This document shows positions 45,500-55,706 of a DNA stretch of 64,000 bases, one piece after another; within the stretch, counting starts at the first letter, position 1; each line of letters begins with the position of its first letter. A model generated the notes under the pieces. The model had not been told where the DNA came from, searched no databases, and worked only from the letters and a program-made list of their open reading frames with translations. The stretch lies in the NCBI GenBank assembly GCA_964390105.1, contig CAYMGV010000005.1, positions 285 to 64,284 of the forward strand, given 5' to 3'. The DNA is from an uncultured Anaerolineae bacterium. GTDB taxonomy: Bacteria > Chloroflexota > Anaerolineae > Aggregatilineales > UBA3940. Position numbers and translations under genes: made by a program.

Positions 45500-47035
45500 T
45501 TAGTTGGCAACCGCTGCCAGTGTTGAGCAGGCCGGGCAGGCCCCGCCGGGCCGGATGATCGCGTAGCCACCCTGCGGGTCATCGCCATAGGTGAAGATAT
45601 CGACGTTGAAAACGATGAACAGCCGCACGCGGCCTGAGTTCTCTGCAATCTGCGCAGCCTGACCCAGCCATGCGGCGTGTTCCGCAAGAGACGTGCCGCC
45701 ACCCCACCAGAAGTTCGGGGGCAGGCCGCCGTACCCATCAGAGGTCAGGTAGCCAATCTCGGTGAAGCAGACATCGGTATTGGGGAAGGTGCCCGAGTAC
45801 AGGTTGAAAGTCGGCTGGAAGTACCATGAGTAGTGGCCGCCGCCATCATCCGCCGGATGTCCGTAGGACTGGCTGGGCGGGGACGCGCCAGCGTTATGAT
45901 GCACACCGATGCAGTCCATGTAGTTGGCGGCACCGGCATCACGCATCCCGGCGAGATAGATATCATCGCTCCACACGGTGGTGACGTTGTGAACGCCGGT
46001 TGGGGCCAGTGCCCCCGCAATCACCATGATGTTGGGATTGACGGACTTGATCGCGTTATAGGAGGGGGCCAGCATGTTATTGACATAGCTGGCAGGGTTG
46101 ATCTGCCCGGCAGGCCATTCACGGTCGAGGTTTTGCTCGTTCCAGATTTCGATGGCATCGGGGCCATAGGCGGCGATGCCGCGCAGGTATTCGACGTAGG
46201 CGTTGAAATCAATCGAGGACGGGTACAGGTTGCCGGGGATCGCCAGCAGAATCCTGAAGCCCTGTGCATGGGCGTTCTGGATCAGGCCAGCGGTATCAGC
46301 CGGGTTTGATCCCGGTGCCCACTTGATCTGTATCTTGACCCATGTCATGCCAGCCGAGCGCATCACATCAGGGTTAGCAAGAGTATGCGTTTGCCCGCCC
46401 AGCTCAAACCCACCGCCCACGCCGGGGCTGTAACTGGGGGTGCTGGGTGCGCTGCCTGTGCCTGCCTGGCTGGTGACCGGGACCACCCCCAGGTCACCGT
46501 TGACGGTAGCCAGCCACGCCGCGATCCATGCTTCGGCACCGTTGTACGAGATGTACAGCCATGAGGCATCGGCGTTTTTGCCCAGCACAGCGGCGGTAGT
46601 GCCCGCCGGGATCACGCCGCTGCGGGCGTAGTTGGTGCCGGGGCCTGCCCTCAGGCTTAGGTTGGTGTTCGGCGTCGTGGTGACGCCGGTAGGTGCCGGG
46701 GTGCTGCTGCTGCCGCTGCCAGCCTCATCGGAAACCGGGATAGTACGCAGGTTGCCATTGATGCTGACCAGCCACGCCGCGACCCAGCCACGGCTGCCGG
46801 CGTATTCCACCAGCAGCCAGGTGCTGCCGTTGTTGCGGCCCAGTACCGGCACAGAGGTGCCGTAGGGAAGATAGCCGACGACGCTGCTGGAGGCCGATGG
46901 GCCACTACGCAAGTTCAGGTTGGTGTTAGCGGTGATGATCACGCTGCTTTGCGCGTCATCAGCAGCTAACGCCAATGAGGGGATCAGCAGGGCCACGATA
47001 AGGATCAATGCGATGATGGAGGATCGATTTTTCAC
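45500..47035 (-). CDS. Secreted protein: two SH3b domains plus a clan GH-A (beta/alpha)8 glycoside-hydrolase-like domain
   Basis: Signal peptide KNRSSIIALILIVALLIPSLALA. Two SH3b repeats (NLNLRSGPSASS...WVAAWL and NLSLRAGPGTNY...WIAAWL). IEIWNEQN (acid/base-like) and CFTEIGY (nucleophile-like) motifs. Start uncertain (GTG 47035 or ATG 47092). Confidence 0.7.
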   Translation of the reverse strand: MKNRSSIIALILIVALLIPSLALAADDAQSSVIITANTNLNLRSGPSASSSVVGYLPYGTSVPVLGRNNGSTWLLVEYAGSRGWVAAWLVSINGNLRTIPVSDEAGSGSSSTPAPTGVTTTPNTNLSLRAGPGTNYARSGVIPAGTTAAVLGKNADASWLYISYNGAEAWIAAWLATVNGDLGVVPVTSQAGTGSAPSTPSYSPGVGGGFELGGQTHTLANPDVMRSAGMTWVKIQIKWAPGSNPADTAGLIQNAHAQGFRILLAIPGNLYPSSIDFNAYVEYLRGIAAYGPDAIEIWNEQNLDREWPAGQINPASYVNNMLAPSYNAIKSVNPNIMVIAGALAPTGVHNVTTVWSDDIYLAGMRDAGAANYMDCIGVHHNAGASPPSQSYGHPADDGGGHYSWYFQPTFNLYSGTFPNTDVCFTEIGYLTSDGYGGLPPNFWWGGGTSLAEHAAWLGQAAQIAENSGRVRLFIVFNVDIFTYGDDPQGGYAIIRPGGACPACSTLAAVAN

Positions 47036-47110
47036 GGTTCGCACTCTCTTAAGTGTTCTGAATAAAACGTGTCGGAGGGTGACTTTCACCATCCACGGAC
47101 CACTATAGAC

Positions 47111-47155
47111 GAAAACCCCACGGTTGACCAATCGGATACAAACCGTGGGGTTTTC
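47111..47155 (-). terminator. Rho-independent terminator of the epimerase gene
   Basis: 15-bp stem gaaaaccccacggtt / aaccgtggggttttc. On the minus strand the stem is followed by ttttcgtc. Confidence 0.8.
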
Positions 47156-47181
47156 CAGGTTGCCATGCTGAAGTGTGCTTT

Positions 47182-48234
47182 TTAGAAGAACAGCTTGGCG
47201 AGAGCCAGCGCACCCTGTTTCCACGGTACACGGTGCGAGACACCGCTGGTTTTCTGGATGGCTTCGAGATTGGCGACATACCAGTCGTAGTTGCGCAGCA
47301 GCGCGTCCCTGTTTGAGAACTTCGGCTGCCAGCCGAGCTTTTCCTGCGCCTTTTCGATGGAGACGAATGATTCTTCGGTGACGGTTTCATAGACCCACTT
47401 GTACAGCGGGGATATGCCGAGCAGTTCAAGGAAGCGCAGGGTCCAGATGGCGGGTGCAGCCGGGATCGAGATCACACGCTTCCCATGCCCGGCGTGATCC
47501 AGCACGGCCTGGAAGTCTGAGCGCGGGGTGCCGTACACCGCCGCGCCGATGTTGAAGGTGTCGTTGACGATCTCAATGGGCAGCGTGGCGCTCAGCCAGA
47601 TGGACTCACACAGGTCTTCTACGTCGAGATACTGGTACTTGTTGTTGCCACTGCCCAGCACGGGCCAGTTGTGCCCGGTGTAGGCCCAGTCGTAGAGCAT
47701 GGCAAACACGCCGAGCCGCTCCGGGCCGATGAAGGATTTGGGGCGGATAATCGTGACGCTCATACCCTTATCGCGGTAGTCGGCGCACACACCTTCGGCC
47801 TCAACCTTAGCGATGCCGTAAGGGCCGACGCCGTTCATCTCGTCGGTCTCATAGAGCGGATGATGATCCGGGATGCCGTACACAGCAGTCGATGAGATGT
47901 GGATAAAGCGATTAATGCCGTGCTTGTGCGCAGTATCGATCACGTTACGGCTGCCGTCGAGATCGGTCGAGAAGATGTCTTCTGGCTTGTAGAGGGGCAG
48001 GGCGGCAGCACAGTGGATCACGATGTCCACATCCTGCATGGCTTCTTCCACATCGTCGAGGTTGCGAATATCGCCCTGGATCGAGCGGATTTTATCCATG
48101 CAGTCGGGGTAGTCAAACGCGATGAGGTCCAGGTTAGTGACATCCTGCCCGCGCTCCAGCAGGTAACGGATCAGGTTGATGCCAAGGAACCCGGAGCCTC
48201 CGGTTACGAGATAGCGTTTTTTGTCTTCAGCCAT
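47182..48234 (-). CDS. NAD-dependent epimerase/dehydratase (extended SDR)
   Basis: [21 protein letters not shown] Rossmann motif and YGIAKVEAE (YxxxK). Start set at MAEDKK. Confidence 0.85.
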   Translation of the reverse strand: MAEDKKRYLVTGGSGFLGINLIRYLLERGQDVTNLDLIAFDYPDCMDKIRSIQGDIRNLDDVEEAMQDVDIVIHCAAALPLYKPEDIFSTDLDGSRNVIDTAHKHGINRFIHISSTAVYGIPDHHPLYETDEMNGVGPYGIAKVEAEGVCADYRDKGMSVTIIRPKSFIGPERLGVFAMLYDWAYTGHNWPVLGSGNNKYQYLDVEDLCESIWLSATLPIEIVNDTFNIGAAVYGTPRSDFQAVLDHAGHGKRVISIPAAPAIWTLRFLELLGISPLYKWVYETVTEESFVSIEKAQEKLGWQPKFSNRDALLRNYDWYVANLEAIQKTSGVSHRVPWKQGALALAKLFF

Positions 48235-48513
48235 AAATTGAATGCGCACAGTAATGGGCGTTGCTGTGCGGTACTCCTTTCTAGCGTGGCGGTATCGTCA
48301 GCGGTGGGCCCCGCTGGCAGGTTCAAGTATCAAACAGGTAAAGTATAGCCCGCCGGCAGGGGGGCGTCCAGCACGGGTGCCCTGCGGCACCGAGCCTGTA
48401 ACACGCTTGTAAAAGTGATAAATTGGCATAATTAGGCATATCGGCAGATTGCCCCTATACTTATGAGGCAATCAGCATTATGAGGAACAGTCAACAATTG
48501 TGGAGAGTCAGCT

Positions 48514-49161
48514 ATGAAAAAATGGAGCCTTATTCTACTACTGATCACGCCGGTTCTGCTGGCCGCCTGTGGTGGTGGAGACAACACGCTTACGTACCCC
48601 GAAGGTGAGGCCGCAGCGCTGGTAGACCGCAGCCTGGAAACCAACGAGCCGTGTGAGGCCCCGTGTTGGTATAACATCGTGCCGGGCGAAACGGGCCGTG
48701 ACGAGGCCTACGACTTGATCCTGGAACTGCCGTTCGTCGAGGAAGGGTCTGTCAACAATGGGCTGCGCAGCACCCCGTTTGACCGTGTGTTCTGGACGAG
48801 CATCCCGATGGGGCAGATTGGGGAAGCCTATGCCGGTGGCGAAGAACGGAAGATCGAAGCCATCCGTTATTTCCTCGAATATCCGTATGCCTTCTCGAAC
48901 CTGGTGGACCGCTACGGTGACCCTGATGGTGTGTTCGTCGTCAGCAATCAGCAAGAGGGCACCGTGATGATCGTGTGGTGGCAGGATGCGGGGATTGCAG
49001 CCCGTAACCGGGGGGTGCAGGTCATTGACGCCGAAACCCAGGTGCAGGAAGTGATCTATTTCAACCCGGGTGTTGAGCCGAACACGTTTATCCAGCAGGT
49101 CCGGCTGATCACCAGCGGCGACTATATCGAGTGGGAAGGTTACGGCAGCTACGCGCAGTAA
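48514..49161 (+). CDS. Hypothetical lipoprotein
   Basis: MKKWSLILLLITPVLLAAC lipobox, RBS ggagag. No family motif recognised. Confidence 0.65.
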   Translation: MKKWSLILLLITPVLLAACGGGDNTLTYPEGEAAALVDRSLETNEPCEAPCWYNIVPGETGRDEAYDLILELPFVEEGSVNNGLRSTPFDRVFWTSIPMGQIGEAYAGGEERKIEAIRYFLEYPYAFSNLVDRYGDPDGVFVVSNQQEGTVMIVWWQDAGIAARNRGVQVIDAETQVQEVIYFNPGVEPNTFIQQVRLITSGDYIEWEGYGSYAQ

Positions 49162-49311
49162 CCCATCATGGTGCGTTCAACCGGGCGATCCTGACCTGAT
49201 AGTACAGGGATCGCCCGGTATTATGTTTATCTCCACCCGCCGTCATGCTAGAATAGGAATGTAGCTTTTTACCGTACATCTCTCTAATCAACAAAGACGG
49301 GTGGTGACGAC

Positions 49312-50703
49312 TTGCAGCAGCCTTCATGGGTCCCGAAATGGGTATCAGGCTCCGTTTTCTATCACATCTATCCGCTTGGCTTTCTGAATGCCCCGGAACG
49401 CAACCCCGGTGGTGACCCCATCAACCGCATCAGCCATCTCAATAACTGGCTGGACCACATCGCACTTCTGGGGGCACAGGCCATTTATCTTGGCCCGGTC
49501 TTTGAGAGTACGTCGCATGGATATGATACGGTGGATTACTTCCGTGTGGACCGGCGACTTGGCACAGAAGATGCCTTCCGTGAACTCGTTGAGCATATCC
49601 ACCTGCGCAATATGCACGTGATCGTTGATGGTGTGTTTAACCATACCGGGCGCGATTTCTTCGCCTTCCGCGACATACTCGAACACCGTGAAGCGTCCTC
49701 ATATGCGGGCTGGTATCACATCACAAACTGGCGTGGGCGCAGCGGATATGGTGATCCATTTGAGTACGAAAGCTGGGAGGGGCACCCGTCGCTCCCCAAG
49801 CTGAACCTCAGCAACCCGGACGTGAGGGGCTACCTGTTCGAGGTGGCACGCATGTGGTTGGGTGATGTGGGGATCGATGGTTGGCGGTTGGACGCTGCGA
49901 CTGAAATCCCGGTGGAGTTCTGGTGGGAGTTCCGGCGGGAGTGTAAGGATATCCGCTCGGACTGCTTCCTCGTTGGGGAGATGATCCACGGGGATTACAA
50001 TACGTGGGTGGCCCCGGACCTGCTCGACTCAGGGACCAATTACCAGCTATATAACCCGATCTGGCGGTCGATCAACGACGAAAACTTCTTCGATTTGAAA
50101 TCCGCGCTGGAGCGTGGTTTTGATACCGAGGCGGGCCTGTATCGCAACCTTGATTTGTGGACCTTCCTCAGCAACCATGACGTGATCCGCATCGCGTCGG
50201 TGCTTAACAACCCGCGTCATGTGTACCTCGCGTTCATGCTGCTGATGACGGTGCCCGGCATCCCGTGTCTGTACTATGGTGATGAGGTGGGTTTGCGCGG
50301 AACAAATGATGATGGGGACGGTGCGCTGCGTGGCCCCATGCCGCCGCGTGAAGAATGGCCTGATGCCGAGGGGCAGCTTTACGAGGCCATCGCGCGGCTG
50401 GTCAGCATCCGCAGCAGGTCTGCGGCGCTGATGAACGGTCACTATCATACACTGCACGTCACCAACAACAGCTTTGGCTTTCTGCGCCAGTGGGGTGATG
50501 AGGCCGCAGTGGTGCTTGCCAGTGTCGATAAAAACAGCATTTCCTTGACGGTGCCGGTGGGCCAGGCGGGAATCCCGGATGGGGCAGTGTTTATCGACGT
50601 GCTGAACCCCGGTGAAACCCGGTTCGAGGTACAGCAGGGGCATATTGAGGTGGCCCGGTTGTGGCCCGGCTGGGGCCGCATTCTGATCAGGCAGAGTGAC
50701 TGA
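49312..50703 (+). CDS. GH13 alpha-amylase-family glycoside hydrolase
   Basis: The four conserved GH13 regions: VDGVFNHTG, GWRLDAATEIP, LVGEMIHG, FLSNHDVIR. TTG start. Confidence 0.88.
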   Translation: MQQPSWVPKWVSGSVFYHIYPLGFLNAPERNPGGDPINRISHLNNWLDHIALLGAQAIYLGPVFESTSHGYDTVDYFRVDRRLGTEDAFRELVEHIHLRNMHVIVDGVFNHTGRDFFAFRDILEHREASSYAGWYHITNWRGRSGYGDPFEYESWEGHPSLPKLNLSNPDVRGYLFEVARMWLGDVGIDGWRLDAATEIPVEFWWEFRRECKDIRSDCFLVGEMIHGDYNTWVAPDLLDSGTNYQLYNPIWRSINDENFFDLKSALERGFDTEAGLYRNLDLWTFLSNHDVIRIASVLNNPRHVYLAFMLLMTVPGIPCLYYGDEVGLRGTNDDGDGALRGPMPPREEWPDAEGQLYEAIARLVSIRSRSAALMNGHYHTLHVTNNSFGFLRQWGDEAAVVLASVDKNSISLTVPVGQAGIPDGAVFIDVLNPGETRFEVQQGHIEVARLWPGWGRILIRQSD

Positions 50704-50711
50704 TGAAAAGA

Positions 50712-50737
50712 CAACCGGGGCCGCGTGGCCCCGGTTG
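50712..50737. terminator. Terminator hairpin between convergent genes
   Basis: caaccggggcc / ggccccggttg stem. A T-run follows only on the minus strand (gtctttt). Confidence 0.65.
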
Positions 50738-50760
50738 AATGCTACCGGTCGTTATGCCTG

Positions 50761-51363
50761 CTAGTCTGCCGCCGCTTCATCTTTTTTTACCCGCGCAGGC
50801 AGGGGCCACCTGATGGTGACGGTTTCGGCATTACCGGGTGGGTTTTCCCAGATGTCAGCCAGGGTCTTCCCCTTGGCAAGCGCAGCGACCACTGCCATTG
50901 GGATTTCATGGGTGACGACAAGGATGGTCTTACCCTCGTATTTTCCGACAACCTCATCCAGTGCCGTGATCACACGGTCGCGCAGGTCAAAGATTGATTC
51001 ACCATCGGGTGGGGTAACCTGGGTGGCGTCGGTTGTGAAGGCATCGTACATCTCGCCGTATTCCGCTTTAATCTGCGGATACAGCATCCCTTGCCAGACG
51101 CCCTGTGCCATCTCCCTGAGACGTGAGTCCAGGTAGACCGGAAGCCCCATCTCAACAGCGACAACCCCAGCCGTCTGGTAGGCACGGAGCTGATCGGAGC
51201 TGACGATCAAGTCGATGTGCTGGTCAGACAGCACCAGTGCAGCACGCTTTGCCTGCTTCAGACCTTCGAGCGTCAGCCGTGGATGCAGCACCGCACCCTG
51301 GCAACGCCGGGCGACATTCCATGTACTTTGCCCGTGGCGCATCAAGATGAGCGTTGTGGTCAT
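50761..51363 (-). CDS. Histidine phosphatase (phosphoglycerate-mutase-like) family protein
   Basis: LILMRHGQSTWN catalytic RHG motif and VVTHEIPM near the C-terminus. ATG 51363 is preceded by gggggga. Confidence 0.85.
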   Translation of the reverse strand: MTTTLILMRHGQSTWNVARRCQGAVLHPRLTLEGLKQAKRAALVLSDQHIDLIVSSDQLRAYQTAGVVAVEMGLPVYLDSRLREMAQGVWQGMLYPQIKAEYGEMYDAFTTDATQVTPPDGESIFDLRDRVITALDEVVGKYEGKTILVVTHEIPMAVVAALAKGKTLADIWENPPGNAETVTIRWPLPARVKKDEAAAD

Positions 51364-51511
51364 GTGAAGTCCCCCCATGTTGTAGGCTTGTGACACCTAT
51401 CACCAACCCGTTACCGCGCGTATTGTACATGCTGCGAGGTGGATGTCAAATAACAAATGGGGGGAATCAACAGGCCGGGCATACCAGGTGCCCGGCCTGC
51501 AGGGGAAATTG

Positions 51512-52435
51512 CTAAAGCAGCTCGTTGTCGATCAGGTAGTCATAGGCGCTGAGTGCGGCCTTGGCCCCCTCGCCGATAGCTACCAGTACCTGTTCGGCAT
51601 GAACATTTGTGCAGTCGCCAGCGGCAAAGATGCCGGGTTGGCTGGTTTCGCAGCGCGTATTGACTTTCACGCGGCCCTGCTCATCAAGCTCGCACAGGTT
51701 CACGAGGAAGCGGGTGCGGGGTTCGAGCGCGACCTCCACGAACACGCCATCCACATCGATCTTGCGGGTTGCCCCGTTGCTGATGACCAGGGTGCGCGCG
51801 TACATATCGCCTTCGACTCGTTCCACTTTGTATCCCGAAAGGAATTCGACGCCCGGCATCCGGCTGAGGCGCTCGGCCATGGGCGTGTGGAGCACGTTGT
51901 CTTCGAGGGCGATGACGGTCAGCTTGCTGGTGTAGGTCGCCAATTCGGCGGCGGAACGCAGCATCAGGTCGCCATTGCCAACAACCGCCACATTCTTATC
52001 CATAAATAACTGGGCGTAGCTGGTGGCGCTGTAGCACAGCCCGCGCATCATGTATTCCTGCTCACCCGGCACATCCAGCTTCTGCCCGCGTGCGCCGCTG
52101 GCGACGATGAGGGTACGGGTGTCGTAACTGTCGCCGTTGTGCAGGTTGATGCGGTAGCCGTCCCCGGTCTTGTCGATGGTATTGACGCTCTCCCGCAGGA
52201 AAACGTAATCGAGGTATTCCAGTTCACGGCTGAAGCGGTTCACGATCTCGTCGCCATTGATGACCATGTGGCGCTCAACGAATGGAAGCTGAAGGTGATA
52301 GTTGGTCTTGCCACCCATATCACGCGAGATGAGCAGCACATTGAGCTTCTTCTGTACGGCGTACATGGCCGCTGTCAGCCCGGCAGGGCCGCCGCCAATC
52401 ACCACGATATCGACCATTTGATTGTTCATTGTCAT
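51512..52435 (-). CDS. Thioredoxin-reductase-like FAD/NAD(P)H flavoprotein lacking the redox CxxC (possibly TrxR-type ferredoxin-NADP+ reductase)
   Basis: VDIVVIGGGPAGLTAAMYA (FAD), VAVVGNGDLMLRSA (NAD(P)H), IFAAGDCTN. SATS sits where TrxR has CATC. The start overlaps the malic enzyme stop (ATGA). Confidence 0.75.
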   Translation of the reverse strand: MTMNNQMVDIVVIGGGPAGLTAAMYAVQKKLNVLLISRDMGGKTNYHLQLPFVERHMVINGDEIVNRFSRELEYLDYVFLRESVNTIDKTGDGYRINLHNGDSYDTRTLIVASGARGQKLDVPGEQEYMMRGLCYSATSYAQLFMDKNVAVVGNGDLMLRSAAELATYTSKLTVIALEDNVLHTPMAERLSRMPGVEFLSGYKVERVEGDMYARTLVISNGATRKIDVDGVFVEVALEPRTRFLVNLCELDEQGRVKVNTRCETSQPGIFAAGDCTNVHAEQVLVAIGEGAKAALSAYDYLIDNELL

Positions 52436-53820
52436 GATGCGTCTCCTTCTATGGGTGGTGCGTCCTCGCCATCGGCGATAAACCCTTCGCTCATCAGCAG
52501 TTGAGTCATGGCGCGGGCCTGATTGATGATGCCCGATGCGCGCTCGAACTCCTCCTCATAGGTGGTGGTGTGGCGGGCGAGGCCCTGTTCGATGGCCTTC
52601 ATCGCCACGGCTGCGGCCTCGCGTGGGAACACTTCCCAGTCATCCATGGTGGGCAGGATGTGCTCATCGGAAAGACCCTGTTCTTCGGCCATATTCGCCA
52701 GTTCAACCGATGCCGCGATTGCCATCTCATCAGTGATGGTACGGGCACGTACATCGAGTGTGCCACGGAAGATGCCGGGGAAGCCCAGCGAATTGTTGAC
52801 CTGGTTCGGGAAGTCGCTGCGTCCCGTGGCAACCACGGCTGCCCCGGCTTCCTTTGCTTCCCACGGCCAGATTTCCGGGATAGGGTTAGCCATAGCCATG
52901 ACGACCGCATCCTTTGCCATGGCCTCGATCCATTCCGGCTTGAGCGTGCCCGGCCCCGGCTGCGAGAGCGCGATCACGACATCAGCGCCGCGCAGGGCTT
53001 CTGCGGTGCCGCCTTTGAGTTCTTCGCGGTTGGTGATGGTACACATGCGCCACTTCTGGATGTACTCACGGCGGCGCTTGTAGACGTCCTCGCGGTGTTT
53101 GCCGAGGATGCCTCTACTGTCACTCATCAGGCAGTTGGCGGGGTCGGCTCCGTAGGCGAAGATCAGGCGGGCACAGGCCACGTTCGAGGCACCCGCACCC
53201 ACGAATACGATCCGAACGTCTTCCATCTTCTTGCCGACGACCTTGAGCGCATTGATCAGCCCGGCCAGTGTGACGGAGGCGGTGCCCTGCTGGTCATCAT
53301 GCCAGACCGGGATTTCTGCCTCGGCACGCAGGGTGTCGAGCACGCGGAAGCACTTGGGCTGCGAGATGTCTTCGAGGTTGACGCCGCCAAAGGACGGCTG
53401 GAGCATCAGTACGGTGTCGATGATCTTGTCGGGGTCCTTGGTATCGAGCATCAGCGGGACGGCATCGACGCCGCCGAGGTACTTATAAAGCAGCGCCTTG
53501 CCTTCCATGACAGGCAGGCCGGCCTTAGGGCCGATATCACCCAGTCCCAGCACGCGCGTACCATCGGAGATGACCGCAACGGTGTTCCATTTGCTGGTGA
53601 ATTCGTAGACGAGGTCGGGTTCGGCCTGGATGGCCTTACAGGGTGCAGCCACGCCAGGGGTGTACCAGATGGCGAAATCATCCAGGTCACGGACTCGGCA
53701 GCGCAGCGCGGTTTGTATCTTGCCACGGTAATAGGGGTGCAGTCGCATCGCGTCGGCGGCGGGCTGCCGGGCCTGGGCGAGCAGGTCCTCGGTGGTAACC
53801 TGCATGTTTTTGTCTGCCAT
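52432..53820 (-). CDS. NAD(P)-dependent malic enzyme (short, MaeB N-terminal-type)
   Basis: LHPYYRGKIQ, IWYTPGVAAPC, VISDGTRVLGLGDIGP.AGLPVMEGKALLYK, GGVNLEDI, VWHDDQQGTA, VGAGASN. Confidence 0.9.
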   Translation of the reverse strand: MADKNMQVTTEDLLAQARQPAADAMRLHPYYRGKIQTALRCRVRDLDDFAIWYTPGVAAPCKAIQAEPDLVYEFTSKWNTVAVISDGTRVLGLGDIGPKAGLPVMEGKALLYKYLGGVDAVPLMLDTKDPDKIIDTVLMLQPSFGGVNLEDISQPKCFRVLDTLRAEAEIPVWHDDQQGTASVTLAGLINALKVVGKKMEDVRIVFVGAGASNVACARLIFAYGADPANCLMSDSRGILGKHREDVYKRRREYIQKWRMCTITNREELKGGTAEALRGADVVIALSQPGPGTLKPEWIEAMAKDAVVMAMANPIPEIWPWEAKEAGAAVVATGRSDFPNQVNNSLGFPGIFRGTLDVRARTITDEMAIAASVELANMAEEQGLSDEHILPTMDDWEVFPREAAAVAMKAIEQGLARHTTTYEEEFERASGIINQARAMTQLLMSEGFIADGEDAPPIEGDAS

Positions 53821-54092
53821 GTGAGGCTATTCTCCTTGCAAGGTCATGTGTGTGATGGCAGCAGGAGGGGGCGAGCATCCCATCGGGCGCACACCTCATC
53901 CCACATCATCAGCATAACCGGGGACGGGTGGGGCTGATAGTGGCGTTCTTCGTATCGCATGATGATCATCGGCTTTTCTGGCCCCTCGCTTTGTCCCCCG
54001 ACCCTGACGTGATACACTTAAGCCCTGTTGACAAGTGCTAAGAGGCACCGCGTTTTGCGGTGCAGCGATTTTTAACGAGGAGAACGGATCGA

Positions 54093-55538
54093 ATGTCCCA
54101 GCAGGGTGTCACCCCACAGAGCGAGGATTTTTCACGCTGGTATACCGACGTGGTACAGAAGGCAGACCTGGCCGATTACGCGCCGGTGCGTGGCTGCATG
54201 ATCATCAAGCCGTATGGCTATGAGCTGTGGGAAGGCATCCGCGACGGGCTGGATCGCCGCTTCAAGGAGACCGGGCACAAGAACGCGTACTTCCCGCTGT
54301 TTATCCCTGAGCACTTCCTGGCGAAGGAGGCGGAACACGTCGAGGGGTTCTCGCCCGAACTGGCCGTGGTGACCATCGCAGGCGGCGAGGAACTTGAGGA
54401 ACCGCTGGTGGTTCGTCCGACTTCGGAGACCATCATCGGACATACTTACAGCCAGTGGATTCAATCCTATCGTGACCTGCCGGTGCTGATCAACCAATGG
54501 GCCAACGTTGTCCGCTGGGAGAAGCGCACGCGCCTGTTCCTGCGCACCACTGAATTCCTGTGGCAGGAGGGCCATACCGCCCACGCCACGTGGCAGGAGG
54601 CACAGGACGAAACCATGCAGATGCTGAATATCTATGCCGACATGGCCTATACCGATGCTGCCGTGCCTGTCATCAAGGGTAAGAAAAGCAACCAGGAACG
54701 CTTCGCCGGGGCTGAATCGACCTATTCCATCGAGGCGATGATGCGCAACCAGTGGGCACTGCAAGCCGGGACCTCTCATAACCTCGGTCAGAATTTTGCG
54801 AAGGCGTTTGACATCAAGTTCCTTGATGAGTCGAATGAGCAGCAATATTGCTATACGACCTCATGGGGTGTCAGCACGCGCTTTGTCGGCGCGGTGATCA
54901 TGACTCATGGTGATGACCAGGGTCTGCGGCTGCCGCCTAAGCTGGCACCGATCCAGGTCGTGATCGTGCCGATCTTCCGCAGTGATGACGAGCGCGGCAC
55001 CGTGATGGAGGTGGTGGATCGCATGTGGAAGCTGCTCAAGGAAGCAGGCGTGCGCGTGCATGTTGATGACCGCGACTACAACCCCGGCTTCAAGTACAAC
55101 GACTGGGAGATGCGCGGTGTGCCGGTCCGCATGGAGGTTGGCCCCAAGGATGTTGAAAAGAACTCCGTGGCGCTGGCCCGCCGTGATGTGCCGGGCCGTG
55201 AGGGCAAGGGGTTCTATCCGCAGGATGGCATCGTGGAGACGGTGAAGAACCTGCTGGATGAGGTACAGGCCGGGCTGCTTCAGCAGGCGACCGAGTTCCG
55301 CGACAGCAACCTGCATGAAGTCTCCACCTATGACGAGATGAAGCAGGTCGTCGAGGCGGGGGGCTGGGCGTTGATGCCCACCGACGGCTCCGCTGAGGGC
55401 GAGGAGATCATCCGCGAGGATACCAAGGCCACCAACCGCTGCTTCCCGCTCGAAGGTGGCGACGTGCCCAAAGGCACTCAAGACCCCGTCACCGGGAATG
55501 AGGCCGTAGGCCGGGCGTACTTCGCGCGGGCTTATTAG
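54093..55538 (+). CDS. proS: Proline--tRNA ligase (archaeal/eukaryote-like type, no INS editing domain)
   Basis: FSRWYTDVVQKADLADYAPVRGCMIIKPYGYELWE, class II motifs (VRPTSET, FLRTTEFLWQEGHT, GTSHNLGQNF), and the C-terminal ...RAYFARAY typical of this ProRS type. RBS gaggaga. Confidence 0.9.
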   Translation: MSQQGVTPQSEDFSRWYTDVVQKADLADYAPVRGCMIIKPYGYELWEGIRDGLDRRFKETGHKNAYFPLFIPEHFLAKEAEHVEGFSPELAVVTIAGGEELEEPLVVRPTSETIIGHTYSQWIQSYRDLPVLINQWANVVRWEKRTRLFLRTTEFLWQEGHTAHATWQEAQDETMQMLNIYADMAYTDAAVPVIKGKKSNQERFAGAESTYSIEAMMRNQWALQAGTSHNLGQNFAKAFDIKFLDESNEQQYCYTTSWGVSTRFVGAVIMTHGDDQGLRLPPKLAPIQVVIVPIFRSDDERGTVMEVVDRMWKLLKEAGVRVHVDDRDYNPGFKYNDWEMRGVPVRMEVGPKDVEKNSVALARRDVPGREGKGFYPQDGIVETVKNLLDEVQAGLLQQATEFRDSNLHEVSTYDEMKQVVEAGGWALMPTDGSAEGEEIIREDTKATNRCFPLEGGDVPKGTQDPVTGNEAVGRAYFARAY

Positions 55539-55706
55539 GGGCGGGGGGATGTTATTGTGAGGCGCTGCCCCAAACCCCGGCAGGGGCCTTACGCTCCTGC
55601 ACCACGCTTTTCGATGGGCTTTGCCCATCGATAGCCTGTTCATGTGAGTGCTATCATATCAAGCGCGGGGGCATTGCCCCCGCATTGCATTGAAGGAGGA
55701 AGCCTG

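Noticed and set aside
47036-47224. N-terminal extension of the SH3b-GH ORF (track start 47224), overlapping the epimerase gene
   Set aside because: The extension would read through the epimerase stop region and its 15-bp-stem terminator (47111-47155). The signal peptide begins right after GTG 47035, and ATG 47092 remains a possible alternative.
52501-53937. 478-aa plus-strand ORF opposite the malic enzyme gene
   Set aside because: It is an antisense shadow ORF with low-complexity G/A/R/D-rich composition. The malic enzyme motifs are unambiguous on the minus strand.
53940-54092. Possible T-box or attenuator leader upstream of proS (small hairpin gcaccgc-gtttt-gcggtgc followed by gattttt)
   Set aside because: The region is too short for a T-box. 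I found no specifier loop, no T-box sequence (AAnnnGGGTGGTACCGCG-like) and no alternative-pairing logic. It is probably just a 5' UTR hairpin.
55611-55683. Two short GC hairpins (tcgatgggc/gcccatcga and gcgggggc/gcccccgc) between proS and the NUDIX gene, considered as an sRNA or repeat element
   Set aside because: The stems are short and dissimilar, with no T-run. They are most simply a weak terminator or 5' UTR structure, and no supporting promoter-terminator pair is present.
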